Positions 17,008 through 26,697 of a stretch of DNA of 64,000 nt are shown here, piece by piece. The notes beneath the pieces are model-generated. The model had not been told where the DNA came from and searched no databases. It saw nothing but the letters and a program-made list of their open reading frames with translations. The stretch comes from an uncultured Alphaproteobacteria bacterium. GTDB taxonomy: Bacteria > Pseudomonadota > Alphaproteobacteria > Methylaequorales > Methylaequoraceae. Location of the stretch: the NCBI GenBank assembly GCA_902613995.1, contig CACMJG010000003.1:134054-198053 (forward strand), given 5' to 3'. The translations under genes were made by a program, and so were the position numbers. Each line of letters begins with the position of its first letter. Positions within the stretch are counted from its first letter, which is position 1.

Positions 17008-19302
17008 TCAAAACTTTGCTGCAGCTTTGAAGTATGCAGTAAGTGGTGCACCTCTTCGAGCTCCATTCGGATGTCTTGAAGCAATGTACTCTAAGTCAGT
17101 TGCATTGTTTACTCCGGCTGTAAACCTGTAATTTTTCATAAAGTCATAACCTGCATAGAAATTTAATAGGAATGCATCATCAATTTTTCCGTTTCTTGCG
17201 TCTGGCATACCATTAAATATTTCGGATTCACTTTCGTCTGCAGTACCAAATGACTCGGAGTGATAAGTCATATTAACTCCAAAATCAAGGTCATTATACT
17301 CATAATCAGCACCGAATGATAGACGATGGTCTGGAACGTATGGCACATTAGAGCCATCTCTACCGCCAGCAAAAGCTGATTCAGAATCCTCTGAATTAGC
17401 TGCACCATCTAAATTAGCGTTTGTAAATGTGTAATTAGCAAAGAATGAAATATCTCCTCCAAAAGGTTTAAAGTTCTCTGGAGCGTATGTTGAAGAGAGT
17501 TCAAATCCTTTTGAAACAACGTTACCTGCATTATCAGGAGCTGAGTCAGCATTGCTATTATCAATAACGATTAAATCTTTAAAGTCTGTATGAAAACCTG
17601 TCCAAGATATGAAGAATGTTGGTGAAGAATATCTTATACCGATCTCTTTAGCGATACTTGTTTCTTTTTCTACAGGACTACCATCATCTCTTGCAGAACC
17701 TGGTCCAGGCAAATTAAATCCTTTATAAACTCCGCCAAACCACTGCCAATTATCGTCATGATTATAAACTAATCCGCCACCAGGCGCAAAAGCATACATA
17801 GTTTCAGACATATTATTCGTTGTTCCAGCAATAGCAGCTTTATTTCTATAATGGTAGTCAACATATTCAAACCTACCACCAAATGAAACAACAAAATTAT
17901 TAATGGTTGCTGATTCTTCGATATAACCGATATGACCTCTAGCCTTTTCATGTCTATCATCTTTGAAAGTCACACCACCACCAGTTGCAGTTAAACCTCC
18001 TCCAATCGCTTGAGTGAATGAATGACGTTGTTGGTCTCTGTTAATATAATCATAATGGTATCCATACCCAACTTTTAGATTATGTTTGATATTTGTACCG
18101 AAATAATCTGTGTTAAAGTTAAAGTCTGTTTCATTATTAAGAACGTAAGAACCATATTGCCTATCATTGTTTACATATCTAATCGTACCTGCTGCTAGTC
18201 CCTTTACAATATTTAATGAAGCAGCACTTCCAGCTTTTGACATAATCTGTGTAAGAGAATGACCATTAGCATCTGCTAGCTTGAACCAGTCTCTTGTATA
18301 ACGATTATAACCTAGAGTTAAGTTATTTGTAATGTTTGAAGTTAATTCAGCTCTAAGTTTAGCATAATAGGTTTGCTGTTCAGTGTTCATTTCGTCAAGT
18401 TGAAATGCAACGTAGGTTTGGTCAGGATTAACACCAAAGTCTGCTGTGGTTAACCCAGCATACCCTTCATTATAATTCATATCGTTATATGATGCTTTTA
18501 CTTCTAAGGTAATATTCCTAGTTGTTGGGAGTTGCCATAACAACTTAGCCATAGGAGCAATGTGATTGATTCCACCAAGCTCATCACTATCATAACCTTT
18601 TCTGTGTTGTGAACTTGTTGGAGGGTTAATATTGAATTCCTTTCCATTACCATCACTATTACGATAATACATTTCACCCAATAAAGCTAAAGCGCCATAA
18701 CGTCCTGAGATACCATAGTTAAAGTAATCATGAGTAATAACGTCATTACCTGAACCATAGGATACACTACCATAATACCTTTCACCAAAATCAATGGGTG
18801 TTGTTACAAAGTTCATTGCACCACCTGTGGAATGTGGACCATATCTATACTGACTGGTGCCTTTTAGAATCTCTACAGCATGCATTTTACCTGTAATAGG
18901 AAAGTAATAAGCGTCTGGTGCAGAATAAGGAGCTGGCATGATATTAATTTCATCCTCCATAATATTTACCTGAGCAGATCTCAAAGTATTAACACCTCTC
19001 ATACTAATATTAGGAAATATCCCCAAGCCATCTTCTTCTCTTGAGTAAACACCAGTTGTGTTTCTTAAAATTTCATTAATGTTGTTAAAGTTGTACTTTC
19101 TAATTTCCTTTGGCCCAATATAATCACCAGATCCAGGTAGTTCGAATACCTGCTCTGGTGATTCAAAGATATTTACATCAGGTGCAACATAAGTGGTGTC
19201 CTGTGCAAAAGAATTACTGGCAATAGCAACACCAGTTATGAATGTTAACCTTGACATCCAATGGGTATATTGAGGTACCACCCTTGATTTTTTAACTATC
19301 AT
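17008..19302 (-). CDS. TonB-dependent outer-membrane receptor
   Basis: 764 aa. Signal peptide, a plug region (NINEILRNTTGVY...GVNTLR), a long beta-barrel and a C-terminal aromatic residue (...AAAKF). Confidence 0.9.
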   Translation of the reverse strand: MIVKKSRVVPQYTHWMSRLTFITGVAIASNSFAQDTTYVAPDVNIFESPEQVFELPGSGDYIGPKEIRKYNFNNINEILRNTTGVYSREEDGLGIFPNISMRGVNTLRSAQVNIMEDEINIMPAPYSAPDAYYFPITGKMHAVEILKGTSQYRYGPHSTGGAMNFVTTPIDFGERYYGSVSYGSGNDVITHDYFNYGISGRYGALALLGEMYYRNSDGNGKEFNINPPTSSQHRKGYDSDELGGINHIAPMAKLLWQLPTTRNITLEVKASYNDMNYNEGYAGLTTADFGVNPDQTYVAFQLDEMNTEQQTYYAKLRAELTSNITNNLTLGYNRYTRDWFKLADANGHSLTQIMSKAGSAASLNIVKGLAAGTIRYVNNDRQYGSYVLNNETDFNFNTDYFGTNIKHNLKVGYGYHYDYINRDQQRHSFTQAIGGGLTATGGGVTFKDDRHEKARGHIGYIEESATINNFVVSFGGRFEYVDYHYRNKAAIAGTTNNMSETMYAFAPGGGLVYNHDDNWQWFGGVYKGFNLPGPGSARDDGSPVEKETSIAKEIGIRYSSPTFFISWTGFHTDFKDLIVIDNSNADSAPDNAGNVVSKGFELSSTYAPENFKPFGGDISFFANYTFTNANLDGAANSEDSESAFAGGRDGSNVPYVPDHRLSFGADYEYNDLDFGVNMTYHSESFGTADESESEIFNGMPDARNGKIDDAFLLNFYAGYDFMKNYRFTAGVNNATDLEYIASRHPNGARRGAPLTAYFKAAAKF

Positions 19303-19351
19303 TCTACCTCCACGATAGGGATTTATATACTAATTTATGTTCTAGTGAATA

Positions 19352-19461
19352 TAATAATCATTATCAAAAGAAGGATATAATAATGATAATTATTATCATC
19401 AATTAATATTAATAATGATTATTAATATCTATGTCAATACTTTTTTTGATAATAATTATCA
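19352..19461. promoter_or_regulatory. cluster of four Fur-box-like palindromes in the divergent promoter region
   Basis: Compared with the 7-1-7 consensus TGATAATNATTATCA: 19384-19398 TGATAATTATTATCA is a perfect match; 19447-19461 TGATAATAATTATCA is a perfect match; 19352-19366 TAATAATCATTATCA has 1 mismatch; 19410-19424 TAATAATGATTATTA has 2 mismatches. Confidence 0.65.
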
Positions 19462-19540
19462 TTATCTTACTTCAAGGTAAAAAATTAATTAGAATTTTAT
19501 TTTTTTAATAAAAACCCTATCATGCTAGTTTACATATACT

Positions 19541-20473
19541 ATGCTAAAAATTGTTTTCATATTAATTCTTGTCTTCAATTTTAATAAAAGTTATAGCTTT
19601 GAACTGGAAGAAGTAGCCAAAGGCGTTTTTGTTCATTTTGGAATCCACGAAGATGCAAACAGATCTAATAAAGGTGATATAGCAAATATTGGATTTATTC
19701 TTGGAAAAAAATCAATAATGGTTATAGACACTGGTGGAACAAAAGTAATAGGTAAAAAATTACTAGAAAAAATTAAAACAATTTCAGACCTCCCTATTTC
19801 GCACATTGTTATAACTCATTCTCACCCAGATCATTTTTTTGGAACAGAGGCCTTTTTATCTGAAAAAGCAAGTATAGTTGGACACGAAAAGCTCAATAGA
19901 TCACTTTTAAGTAATTTTAATTTTTATAAAGAACTGCAATCAAATAATATTGAAAATGATGTGCTTAAAAATGCAAAATTAATCAAAGCGAATATAAAAA
20001 TAAAAACTGAAAGTATTCTTAAAGTAGATCTTGGAGAAAGAATTGTAGAAATTAAAGCTTGGAAAAGTGGTCATACAGACAACGACCTGTCAGTTTACGA
20101 CCTCAAGACGAAAACTTTCTGGTCAGAAAATATTTTTGTTGAGAGAATACCGGCGATACGAGCAAGCATTCTTGGTTGGAAAAGAAATTTAGATGAAATC
20201 CAAAAAATGGATATTGATCTGATTGTTCCAGGTCATGGAAGTGTAGTTAAAAAAGATGTCGCATTGAAACCGATCTTAGAATATTTTACTAGATTAATTT
20301 TACAGGTTAGAAAGTTTCATAAAAATAATGTTTCACTTCAAGAATCAATAAACTCAGTTCTCCAAAGAGAAATTTTAGACACAAAGAAAGTTAATCCTGA
20401 AGGATGGGCTTTATTTACAGAATACCATTATTCTAATATTACAAAGGTTTATACAGAACTAGAGTGGGAATAA
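19541..20473 (+). CDS. secreted metallo-beta-lactamase-fold hydrolase
   Basis: 310 aa with a signal peptide. THSHPDHF (HxHxDH) motif and a later GH pair (VPGHG). Confidence 0.8.
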   Translation: MLKIVFILILVFNFNKSYSFELEEVAKGVFVHFGIHEDANRSNKGDIANIGFILGKKSIMVIDTGGTKVIGKKLLEKIKTISDLPISHIVITHSHPDHFFGTEAFLSEKASIVGHEKLNRSLLSNFNFYKELQSNNIENDVLKNAKLIKANIKIKTESILKVDLGERIVEIKAWKSGHTDNDLSVYDLKTKTFWSENIFVERIPAIRASILGWKRNLDEIQKMDIDLIVPGHGSVVKKDVALKPILEYFTRLILQVRKFHKNNVSLQESINSVLQREILDTKKVNPEGWALFTEYHYSNITKVYTELEWE

Positions 20474-20732
20474 CTTAACATTATTAGACTATTGTCGTAA
20501 TGGTAATAGTATGTATTCAGAATTTTTTAAAATAATAATGTTATCAAACTCAATTTTTATTGTTTTGATAAGTTTGTATCTTTTATTCTCGAAAAGAAAT
20601 GAACCAAATGATTATCCTGAAAATTTCAGTAAAACTTATGTGATCAAACCTAGAAAAAAAATAAGTAACTCATAAAAAAATTAAATTAGAAAAATGATTT
20701 GCTATTTTTCATTCAACATCTAAATTATAGTA

Positions 20733-20906
20733 ATGACGTTGAATAAAGACCAAGAAAAAATTGAAATTTTGGAAGCAAAAATTGATAAACTTCAAAAATC
20801 AGTAACAAGACTTGAAAAAAAACTTTCTAGCCACATCGAATTTATTGACAGAGTTTATGAGCCTTTAAGAAGCCCAATCTCTAAAATAAAAAATTTTTTT
20901 GGATAA
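20733..20906 (+). CDS. possible 57-aa coiled-coil protein
   Basis: My translation: MTLNKDQEKIEILEAKIDKLQKSVTRLEKKLSSHIEFIDRVYEPLRSPISKIKNFFG. It ends 9 nt before the next ORF. Confidence 0.3.
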   Translation: MTLNKDQEKIEILEAKIDKLQKSVTRLEKKLSSHIEFIDRVYEPLRSPISKIKNFFG

Positions 20907-20915
20907 AATAACTTC

Positions 20916-21254
20916 ATGTTCTTCTTCATTATTAAGGTTTTGTTATCTAGCTTAATAATATCCATAGCAAGTTGGTTGTCACTAAAAAAACCTGCGTTAG
21001 CTGGCTTTTTAATTGCTCTGCCTCTAATGAGCATTATAGCGATTTTTTTTTCTTACAATGAGCATAGAAATTTAGAGAAAACCATTATGTTTTCTAAAAG
21101 CATCCTTGTCGGGATTCCAATTTCTCTAACCTTTTTCTTACCTTTTTTTTTTTCTAAAAGCCTTGGATTAGGTTTTTATTCTACTTACTTACTGGGAATT
21201 ATATTTCTAATAATAGGATTTTTTATGCATAAATTCATAACAAGTTTGTTCTAA
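20916..21254 (+). CDS. small 4-TM membrane protein (hypothetical)
   Basis: 112 aa, four hydrophobic segments. Confidence 0.5.
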   Translation: MFFFIIKVLLSSLIISIASWLSLKKPALAGFLIALPLMSIIAIFFSYNEHRNLEKTIMFSKSILVGIPISLTFFLPFFFSKSLGLGFYSTYLLGIIFLIIGFFMHKFITSLF

Positions 21255-21400
21255 TTTTTTTTTGATTTTATGTATGAATTTTTAAGGCTTCTATTATATT
21301 TTTTAGTTTTAGTTCTTATAATAATTTTTTTATTTTACGCCATATAATTTTGGTTTATATTTGATAACTATACATTTTTATTTGAAAACATAGTTTTATT

Positions 21401-21850
21401 ATGGATAGATTTTTTATTGATTATGGAAAAAGAATTAATAATGCAATTTTAGATGTTATCAAAGAGATATTAAAAGACTTATCAAAGTCAAAAATATCGT
21501 CCAATCATTGTTTTTATATAACCTTTAGCACTCAGGGCTCAGGTGTACTAATTCCAGATAGTCTGAAAAAAGATTATCCTAAAGAAATGACGATTGTGTT
21601 GCAAAATCAATTTTGGGATTTGAAGATTAATAAAAATAAATTTTCAGTTGTTCTTTTATTTAATAAGAAGAAGGAGTATTTAAGTATTCCTTTCAACACA
21701 ATTGTAAAATTTTATGACCCTTTTGTAAAATTTAGCATACAATTGGAAATAAAGGATGAAAAAAAACAGGTAAAAAAACCAGTACAAAAAAAAGAGAGAA
21801 TAAACAAACAAAAAATTGTGTCTCTAGCCGATTTTAGAAAAAGAAAATGA
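21401..21850 (+). CDS. sspB: ClpXP adaptor SspB, alphaproteobacterial type
   Basis: 149 aa. HCFYITFSTQGSGVLIPDSLKKDYPKEMTIVLQNQFWDLKI...FYDPFVKFSIQLE closely parallels Caulobacter SspB-alpha. The basic C-terminal tail LADFRKRK resembles a ClpX-binding tail. Confidence 0.85.
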   Translation: MDRFFIDYGKRINNAILDVIKEILKDLSKSKISSNHCFYITFSTQGSGVLIPDSLKKDYPKEMTIVLQNQFWDLKINKNKFSVVLLFNKKKEYLSIPFNTIVKFYDPFVKFSIQLEIKDEKKQVKKPVQKKERINKQKIVSLADFRKRK

Positions 21851-23238
21851 CAAAGAATAGAATTGAAACAGACAGTATAGGGCAAATTGAAGTTCCTCAA
21901 GATAAACTCTGGGGAGCACAAACTCAGCGAAGTTTGGAGAACTTTCCCATTGGTCAGGACAAAATGCCAAAAGATTTTATCAAAGCCTTTGCAATACAAA
22001 AAAAAGCTGCAGCTATTAGTAATTTAGCCATTGGAAAGTTGAATGCTGATCTAGGTGAAAAAATTATTGAAGTCTGTGACGAATTGATTCAAGGACAACT
22101 CTACGATAACTTTCCCCTTTCTGTTTGGCAAACTGGTTCAGGTACTCAAACAAATATGAATTTAAATGAGGTAATTGCCAATAAAGCAAATAAATTGCTT
22201 GGAAAGGACTTTGGAACATATGAACCAATACATCCAAATGATCATTGTAATTTAGGGCAATCATCAAATGACTCTTTTCCAACAGCTATGCACATAGCAA
22301 TTGCTATACAGTCTAACGAGTATCTTATTCCAAAAGTACAAAATCTTATTAATGTTTTAGAAAAAAAGAAGAAACAATTCCAAAATGTTATAAAAATTGG
22401 AAGAACACATCTTCAAGATGCAACTCCTCTTACATTTGGTCAAGAACTAAGCGGTTTTTCATCTCAAATTTCTAATGCTTTAAAAAGAATAGTTGTTAGT
22501 CTTGATGAAGTGTATTGTGTAGCTCAAGGTGGAACCGCTGTTGGTACTGGGCTTAACTCATCTAATAAATTTGTGTCGGGGTTTATTGAAGCATTGAAAA
22601 TGATCACTGGTTACCCGTTCAGGACTGCTTTAAATAAATTTGAATCAATCTCCTCTCATGAGCCGTTATTAAATTATTCAGGTGCTGTAAATACATTGGT
22701 TGTGGCTTGTTATAAACTAGCAAATGATTTAAGGCTGTTAGCTTCTGGACCAAGATCTGGAATAGCGGAATTGATTTTGCCCTCAAATGAACCGGGTTCT
22801 TCAATAATGCCAGGAAAAGTTAATCCAACGCAGTGTGAAGCACTTAGTCAAGTTTGTATGCATTTAATGGGAATTCATTTTTCAATAAGTATTGCCTGCA
22901 GCCAGGGGCATTTTCAACTTAATGCAAATAAAACTATGATACTGTTTTCATTAAACAGAATAATAACTTTACTATCAGACTCAATTGACTCCTTCATTAA
23001 AAGATGTTTAGAGGGTTTAGATTTAAATAGAAAAAAAATTCGAGAAAATTTAGAAAACTCTCTTATGCTTGTAACGGCTTTAAATCCAAAGATAGGTTAT
23101 GAAAAATCTTCAAAAATTGCCAAAAAAGCTTTCTCCGAAGGTATTTCATTAAAGCAAGCTGCAATAAAACTCAAATACTTAAAATCGAGTGAGTTTGACG
23201 AAATTGTTGATCCTAGCAAAATGATCAAAACAAATTAA
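21847..23238 (+). CDS. fumC: class II fumarate hydratase
   Basis: 463 aa. GSSIMPGKVNPTQCEA signature. Its start overlaps the sspB stop (ATGA). Confidence 0.95.
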   Translation: MTKNRIETDSIGQIEVPQDKLWGAQTQRSLENFPIGQDKMPKDFIKAFAIQKKAAAISNLAIGKLNADLGEKIIEVCDELIQGQLYDNFPLSVWQTGSGTQTNMNLNEVIANKANKLLGKDFGTYEPIHPNDHCNLGQSSNDSFPTAMHIAIAIQSNEYLIPKVQNLINVLEKKKKQFQNVIKIGRTHLQDATPLTFGQELSGFSSQISNALKRIVVSLDEVYCVAQGGTAVGTGLNSSNKFVSGFIEALKMITGYPFRTALNKFESISSHEPLLNYSGAVNTLVVACYKLANDLRLLASGPRSGIAELILPSNEPGSSIMPGKVNPTQCEALSQVCMHLMGIHFSISIACSQGHFQLNANKTMILFSLNRIITLLSDSIDSFIKRCLEGLDLNRKKIRENLENSLMLVTALNPKIGYEKSSKIAKKAFSEGISLKQAAIKLKYLKSSEFDEIVDPSKMIKTN

Positions 23239-24911
23239 TTGAGGAATAAATCAATTATCTTTTCAGGTCTGAGATCTTTAGAATTTTTATCAATTAAATT
23301 TTTTAACTCTTTTGGATTAATAACAATCTTTTTTTGTTTCTTAAGAATAGTATTAATACCATCAGTTAAAACAGCCGATTTAATATTCTCGAAATCGTAA
23401 CTTACTTTGTATTTTTTTGAGTTTCCATTTACAAGCACCTGAAAACTTGGAAGATTCTTAAATTTTTTTGTTTTTATAAAAATATTATTTTTTAAATCTA
23501 AATTATCATCATAGATGTAATATTTACCATTACTTAAAATCTTGATATTTTTTTGAAAAGCTTCTAATTGGTTTAAAAAAAATATACTTTCTTTTAATTT
23601 AAAAGTAAAGTTTATTGAATCCAGAGGAGTATTTCCTTTCATTTCATTTTTGTTAAACAAATCAAAAAAGTCTTGAAAAGTTTCTATGTTATCAACTTTC
23701 TTGGAAATGTTATTAAGATTGATCCCGACAATCTTTGCATTCGAAGAGATACATTCCCCGTTAACATAAAATTTGTCTAAAAATTGTTTTGTTCTTTTGT
23801 TTGTAACAAGGATTTCTGAATCGCAATCAAATAAGGCATCTTTAAGATAGAACTCTGAATTCCCAACTAATTTGTCATCAACTAAATAATCGAAAATAGA
23901 AATTTTTCCTTTCAACTTTTTATTAACTTTCGAATATTTTGCATTTGCTTTTATTTTTGAATTTAGATAAATGGCTCTTAAATTTTTAAAAGAAATATCA
24001 CGCTCATTTACTAACATTTCTGAATACATGTTCTTAAATATAATTTTTTTTGCTATCATTTTATCAATATTTAATTTCACGTTTATGTCTATCTGAGGTA
24101 ACATCATATTGACTGGAAAAATGTTATTTCTTTGAAAAGGTTTATTTATTAAAGCTAAAAATTTCGAAACATTATCTACATCTAGTTTTTCACTATTTAA
24201 ATTGCCCGTAATGTTTAATTTATTTTTTTCTGATTTAATTTTTCCAAGCCCAAAAATTTCATTTTTGTTTGCGAACAACTTATTTATCGAAAAATCAAAA
24301 TCTTTAAAATTATCTGTTCTTACATCTAGCTTAACCAAAGATTTAAGATTTTTGTAATCCATATTGGCTGTCAATTTGGTAAAGCCAGTAGTTTTTATTC
24401 CTAAATCTATATTTTCAAAAACATGTTTTTTTCCAGCGAACTCAAATTCTACACTTCCATTTTTAACTTTTAAGCTCTGAAAGCTACTTAACAATTTTTT
24501 AAAGTTTAGGTCGCTATCATTTCCTACATTTCCAACTAACACCTTTAAATCACCTGCAATATTTGTATTTTTGAACTGTATTAGTGGATTATTAAGTCTT
24601 ATTTCTTGAATATATGGGTCTAGCTTAATTATCGACCGCCAGGTAGAAATTATATCCACCTCAATAATCTTTACATAAAGTCCTTTAGATTCATCTTTAA
24701 AAACCAAATTATTAAATTGTAACTCTGGAAAAGGGAAAAAATTTAATTTTAAATCTTCACCTAAATCTATATTTAAATTTAATTCATTTTTAATTTTGCT
24801 ATTAATTGCTGTTATTATTTTTTTTTTATCTAAAAAAATTGGTAAAGTTGTTAAAATCAGGATAGTGCAAGCAGTAATAAAGAAGAAAGTTTTTAATAGT
24901 TTTTTTTTCAC
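23235..24911 (-). CDS. AsmA-family-like envelope protein (putative)
   Basis: 558 aa. N-terminal anchor followed by a long beta-rich, repeat-like sequence. The assignment is tentative. Confidence 0.4.
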   Translation of the reverse strand: MKKKLLKTFFFITACTILILTTLPIFLDKKKIITAINSKIKNELNLNIDLGEDLKLNFFPFPELQFNNLVFKDESKGLYVKIIEVDIISTWRSIIKLDPYIQEIRLNNPLIQFKNTNIAGDLKVLVGNVGNDSDLNFKKLLSSFQSLKVKNGSVEFEFAGKKHVFENIDLGIKTTGFTKLTANMDYKNLKSLVKLDVRTDNFKDFDFSINKLFANKNEIFGLGKIKSEKNKLNITGNLNSEKLDVDNVSKFLALINKPFQRNNIFPVNMMLPQIDINVKLNIDKMIAKKIIFKNMYSEMLVNERDISFKNLRAIYLNSKIKANAKYSKVNKKLKGKISIFDYLVDDKLVGNSEFYLKDALFDCDSEILVTNKRTKQFLDKFYVNGECISSNAKIVGINLNNISKKVDNIETFQDFFDLFNKNEMKGNTPLDSINFTFKLKESIFFLNQLEAFQKNIKILSNGKYYIYDDNLDLKNNIFIKTKKFKNLPSFQVLVNGNSKKYKVSYDFENIKSAVLTDGINTILKKQKKIVINPKELKNLIDKNSKDLRPEKIIDLFLN

Positions 24912-25498
24912 TATTTTGACGATTTTAAATATCTCGGTCTATGTGGACCAGAGAGAATGATAAATTGCTCTTCATTTTTTTTGTTCCTAAATGACAAAAA
25001 TGATGGAGATTGATTTTGATTCTTCCACATTTCATAAACTTGAAACGCCTGATTTGCGTGCCTTCTTCCTTTAAACCAATCATCATCTGCTATCACAGCA
25101 GCAGCAGCTCCACCTAAATGTTCCACATCAATAAACGTATCAATAGAAATCGCTTCTTTAATTGATTTGCTCATTTCAAGAACTCTTTCTTTAAATATAT
25201 TAAAGGATTCATCATAATCTTTACCTTTTAAAATTTTATTAGGTTTATCTCCAGAAAAATTTTCTTCGGAAGACCATCCAACTAGCCCTGTCTGCTCGTC
25301 TAGTAGATTTAGCCATCCATCTTTTTTTGAGATTAGAATCATTTTTTTTCCTGCATCAATTGGATAAATAACTGGGGCATCTATGCTCGGGTTCATATAA
25401 AAATTAGAAACAGTTTTAGTTGCATACAAAGTTTCTTTACTCTGAACTATATTGAATGAAAATAAAAATAATGTGATGATACAAGAAAAAATTTTCAT
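24911..25498 (-). CDS. secreted SH3b-domain protein (hypothetical)
   Basis: 195 aa with a signal peptide and an SH3b-like segment (...GKKMILISKKDGWLNLLDEQTGLVGW). Confidence 0.5.
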   Translation of the reverse strand: MKIFSCIITLFLFSFNIVQSKETLYATKTVSNFYMNPSIDAPVIYPIDAGKKMILISKKDGWLNLLDEQTGLVGWSSEENFSGDKPNKILKGKDYDESFNIFKERVLEMSKSIKEAISIDTFIDVEHLGGAAAAVIADDDWFKGRRHANQAFQVYEMWKNQNQSPSFLSFRNKKNEEQFIILSGPHRPRYLKSSK

Positions 25499-25523
25499 AA
25501 AATTTATATATAAATATTTTAAA

Positions 25524-26243
25524 ATGAGTCAACCAAATATATTACATAACTTCAAGTCAAAAAATTTTGATTCTAGAAAATATAAAATTCAATTCATTGT
25601 TCTTCACTACACCGAAACTAAAAACCTTGAGAAAGCTGTTGATCTTCTTACCTCCCAAAACAGAAAAGTGAGTTGTCACTTTGTGGTCGATACCGACGGT
25701 CAAATCTACAATTTAGTTTCAGAGTCGAAGCGAGCATGGCATGCTGGTGAATCTTCGTGGAAAGGTTTACAAGATATGAACAGTAGATCAATTGGAATAG
25801 AAATAGTAAATCCAGGAGAAAAAAAATTAAAAAGTTATCCGAAGACACAGATAAATCAATTAATAAATTTAATACATTACCTTGAGGGAAAATTCAAAAT
25901 CCCATTTTATAACATCCTTGGGCATAGCGATATTGCACCTCACAGAAAAATTGATCCAGGAAAACATTTTCCTTGGAAAGAATTATATAAAAAAAAAATT
26001 GGGTTATGGGTAGAAATAAATCAAATACTAGACAAAAGTTTATCTGAGAAAGAATCTAAAGAATTTCTTCAAAATCTCTACAGAATTGGATATCAATATC
26101 CAAAACAGAATAATTTTAAAACCAATAGTATCATGATCATTGACGCTTTCCACCGTCATTTTGTACCAAAACTTGTTGGGAAAAAACCAACATCCTTATC
26201 ACTCACAAAAAGCAGAGAATTAATAAAAATAAATAAAACTTGA
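25524..26243 (+). CDS. ampD: N-acetylmuramoyl-L-alanine amidase, AmpD/AmiD (amidase_2) family
   Basis: VLHYTE...SCHFVVDTDGQIYNLVSESKRAWHAGES.WKG...NSRSIGIEIVNPG. I place the start at the in-frame ATG (MSQPN), not the TTG at 25452 that overlaps the divergent gene. Confidence 0.85.
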   Translation: MSQPNILHNFKSKNFDSRKYKIQFIVLHYTETKNLEKAVDLLTSQNRKVSCHFVVDTDGQIYNLVSESKRAWHAGESSWKGLQDMNSRSIGIEIVNPGEKKLKSYPKTQINQLINLIHYLEGKFKIPFYNILGHSDIAPHRKIDPGKHFPWKELYKKKIGLWVEINQILDKSLSEKESKEFLQNLYRIGYQYPKQNNFKTNSIMIIDAFHRHFVPKLVGKKPTSLSLTKSRELIKINKT

Positions 26244-26274
26244 ATTTTTTTTTATAAAATATTTAAATTCATAT

Positions 26275-26622
26275 GCTAGATGGTTGTGTGACTGCCTTTA
26301 AAGGAGGAAAGTCCGGACTCAACAGGGCACCAAAGCCGGATAACCTCCGGCGAGGGTAACCTCAGGGAAAGTGCAACAGAAAATATACCGCCTATTTATG
26401 GGTAAGGTTGAAATGGTGGGGTAAGAGCCCACCACATTTTTGGTAACAAAAATGGTAATGTAAACCCCTTTGTGAGCAAGTCCAAAAAACCTGTCTTTAA
26501 GACTAACGTGGCCCTGCGTATAGGTATGGTAGGACGCTAGATATTAATGGTAACATTAATACAAGATTAATAGTCACAGCCTTTATTAAGGTACAGAATC
26601 CGGCTTATAAACCATCTAGCTT
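26275..26622 (+). ncRNA. rnpB: RNase P RNA, bacterial type A
   Basis: GGAGGAAAGTCCGG and ACAGAATCCGGCTTA conserved blocks, plus GGTAAGAGCCCACC. The terminal P1 helix pairs GCTAGATGGT (26275-84) with ACCATCTAGC (26611-20). Confidence 0.9.
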
Positions 26623-26641
26623 TAATAACTTATTTTTTTTA

Positions 26642-26670
26642 TTGAAAAATGGTTGAAAAAACCATAAAAT
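26642..26670 (+). promoter_or_regulatory. candidate sigma-70 promoter of the dcw cluster (Pmra)
   Basis: TTGAAA (26642-47), a 17-nt spacer, then TAAAAT (26665-70). It lies in the 75-nt gap between rnpB and mraZ. Confidence 0.5.
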
Positions 26671-26684
26671 CCCATAATATCCCA
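26660..26684 (-). promoter_or_regulatory. three direct pentamer repeats at 10-bp phasing; candidate MraZ operator
   Basis: The minus strand reads TGGGA-TATTA-TGGGA-TTTTA-TGGTT (26684 to 26660). It overlaps and follows the -10 element. Confidence 0.45.
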
Positions 26685-26697
26685 TATAAGGATTGTT

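Noticed and set aside
20512-20674. 54-aa ORF (MYSEFFKIIMLSNSIFIVLISLYLLFSKRNEPNDYPENFSKTYVIKPRKKISNS) after the MBL gene. Also a 25-aa hydrophobic ORF at 21270-21347.
   Set aside because: RBS is weak or absent and there is no motif. Either could be a real small membrane protein, but the sequence alone does not support it.
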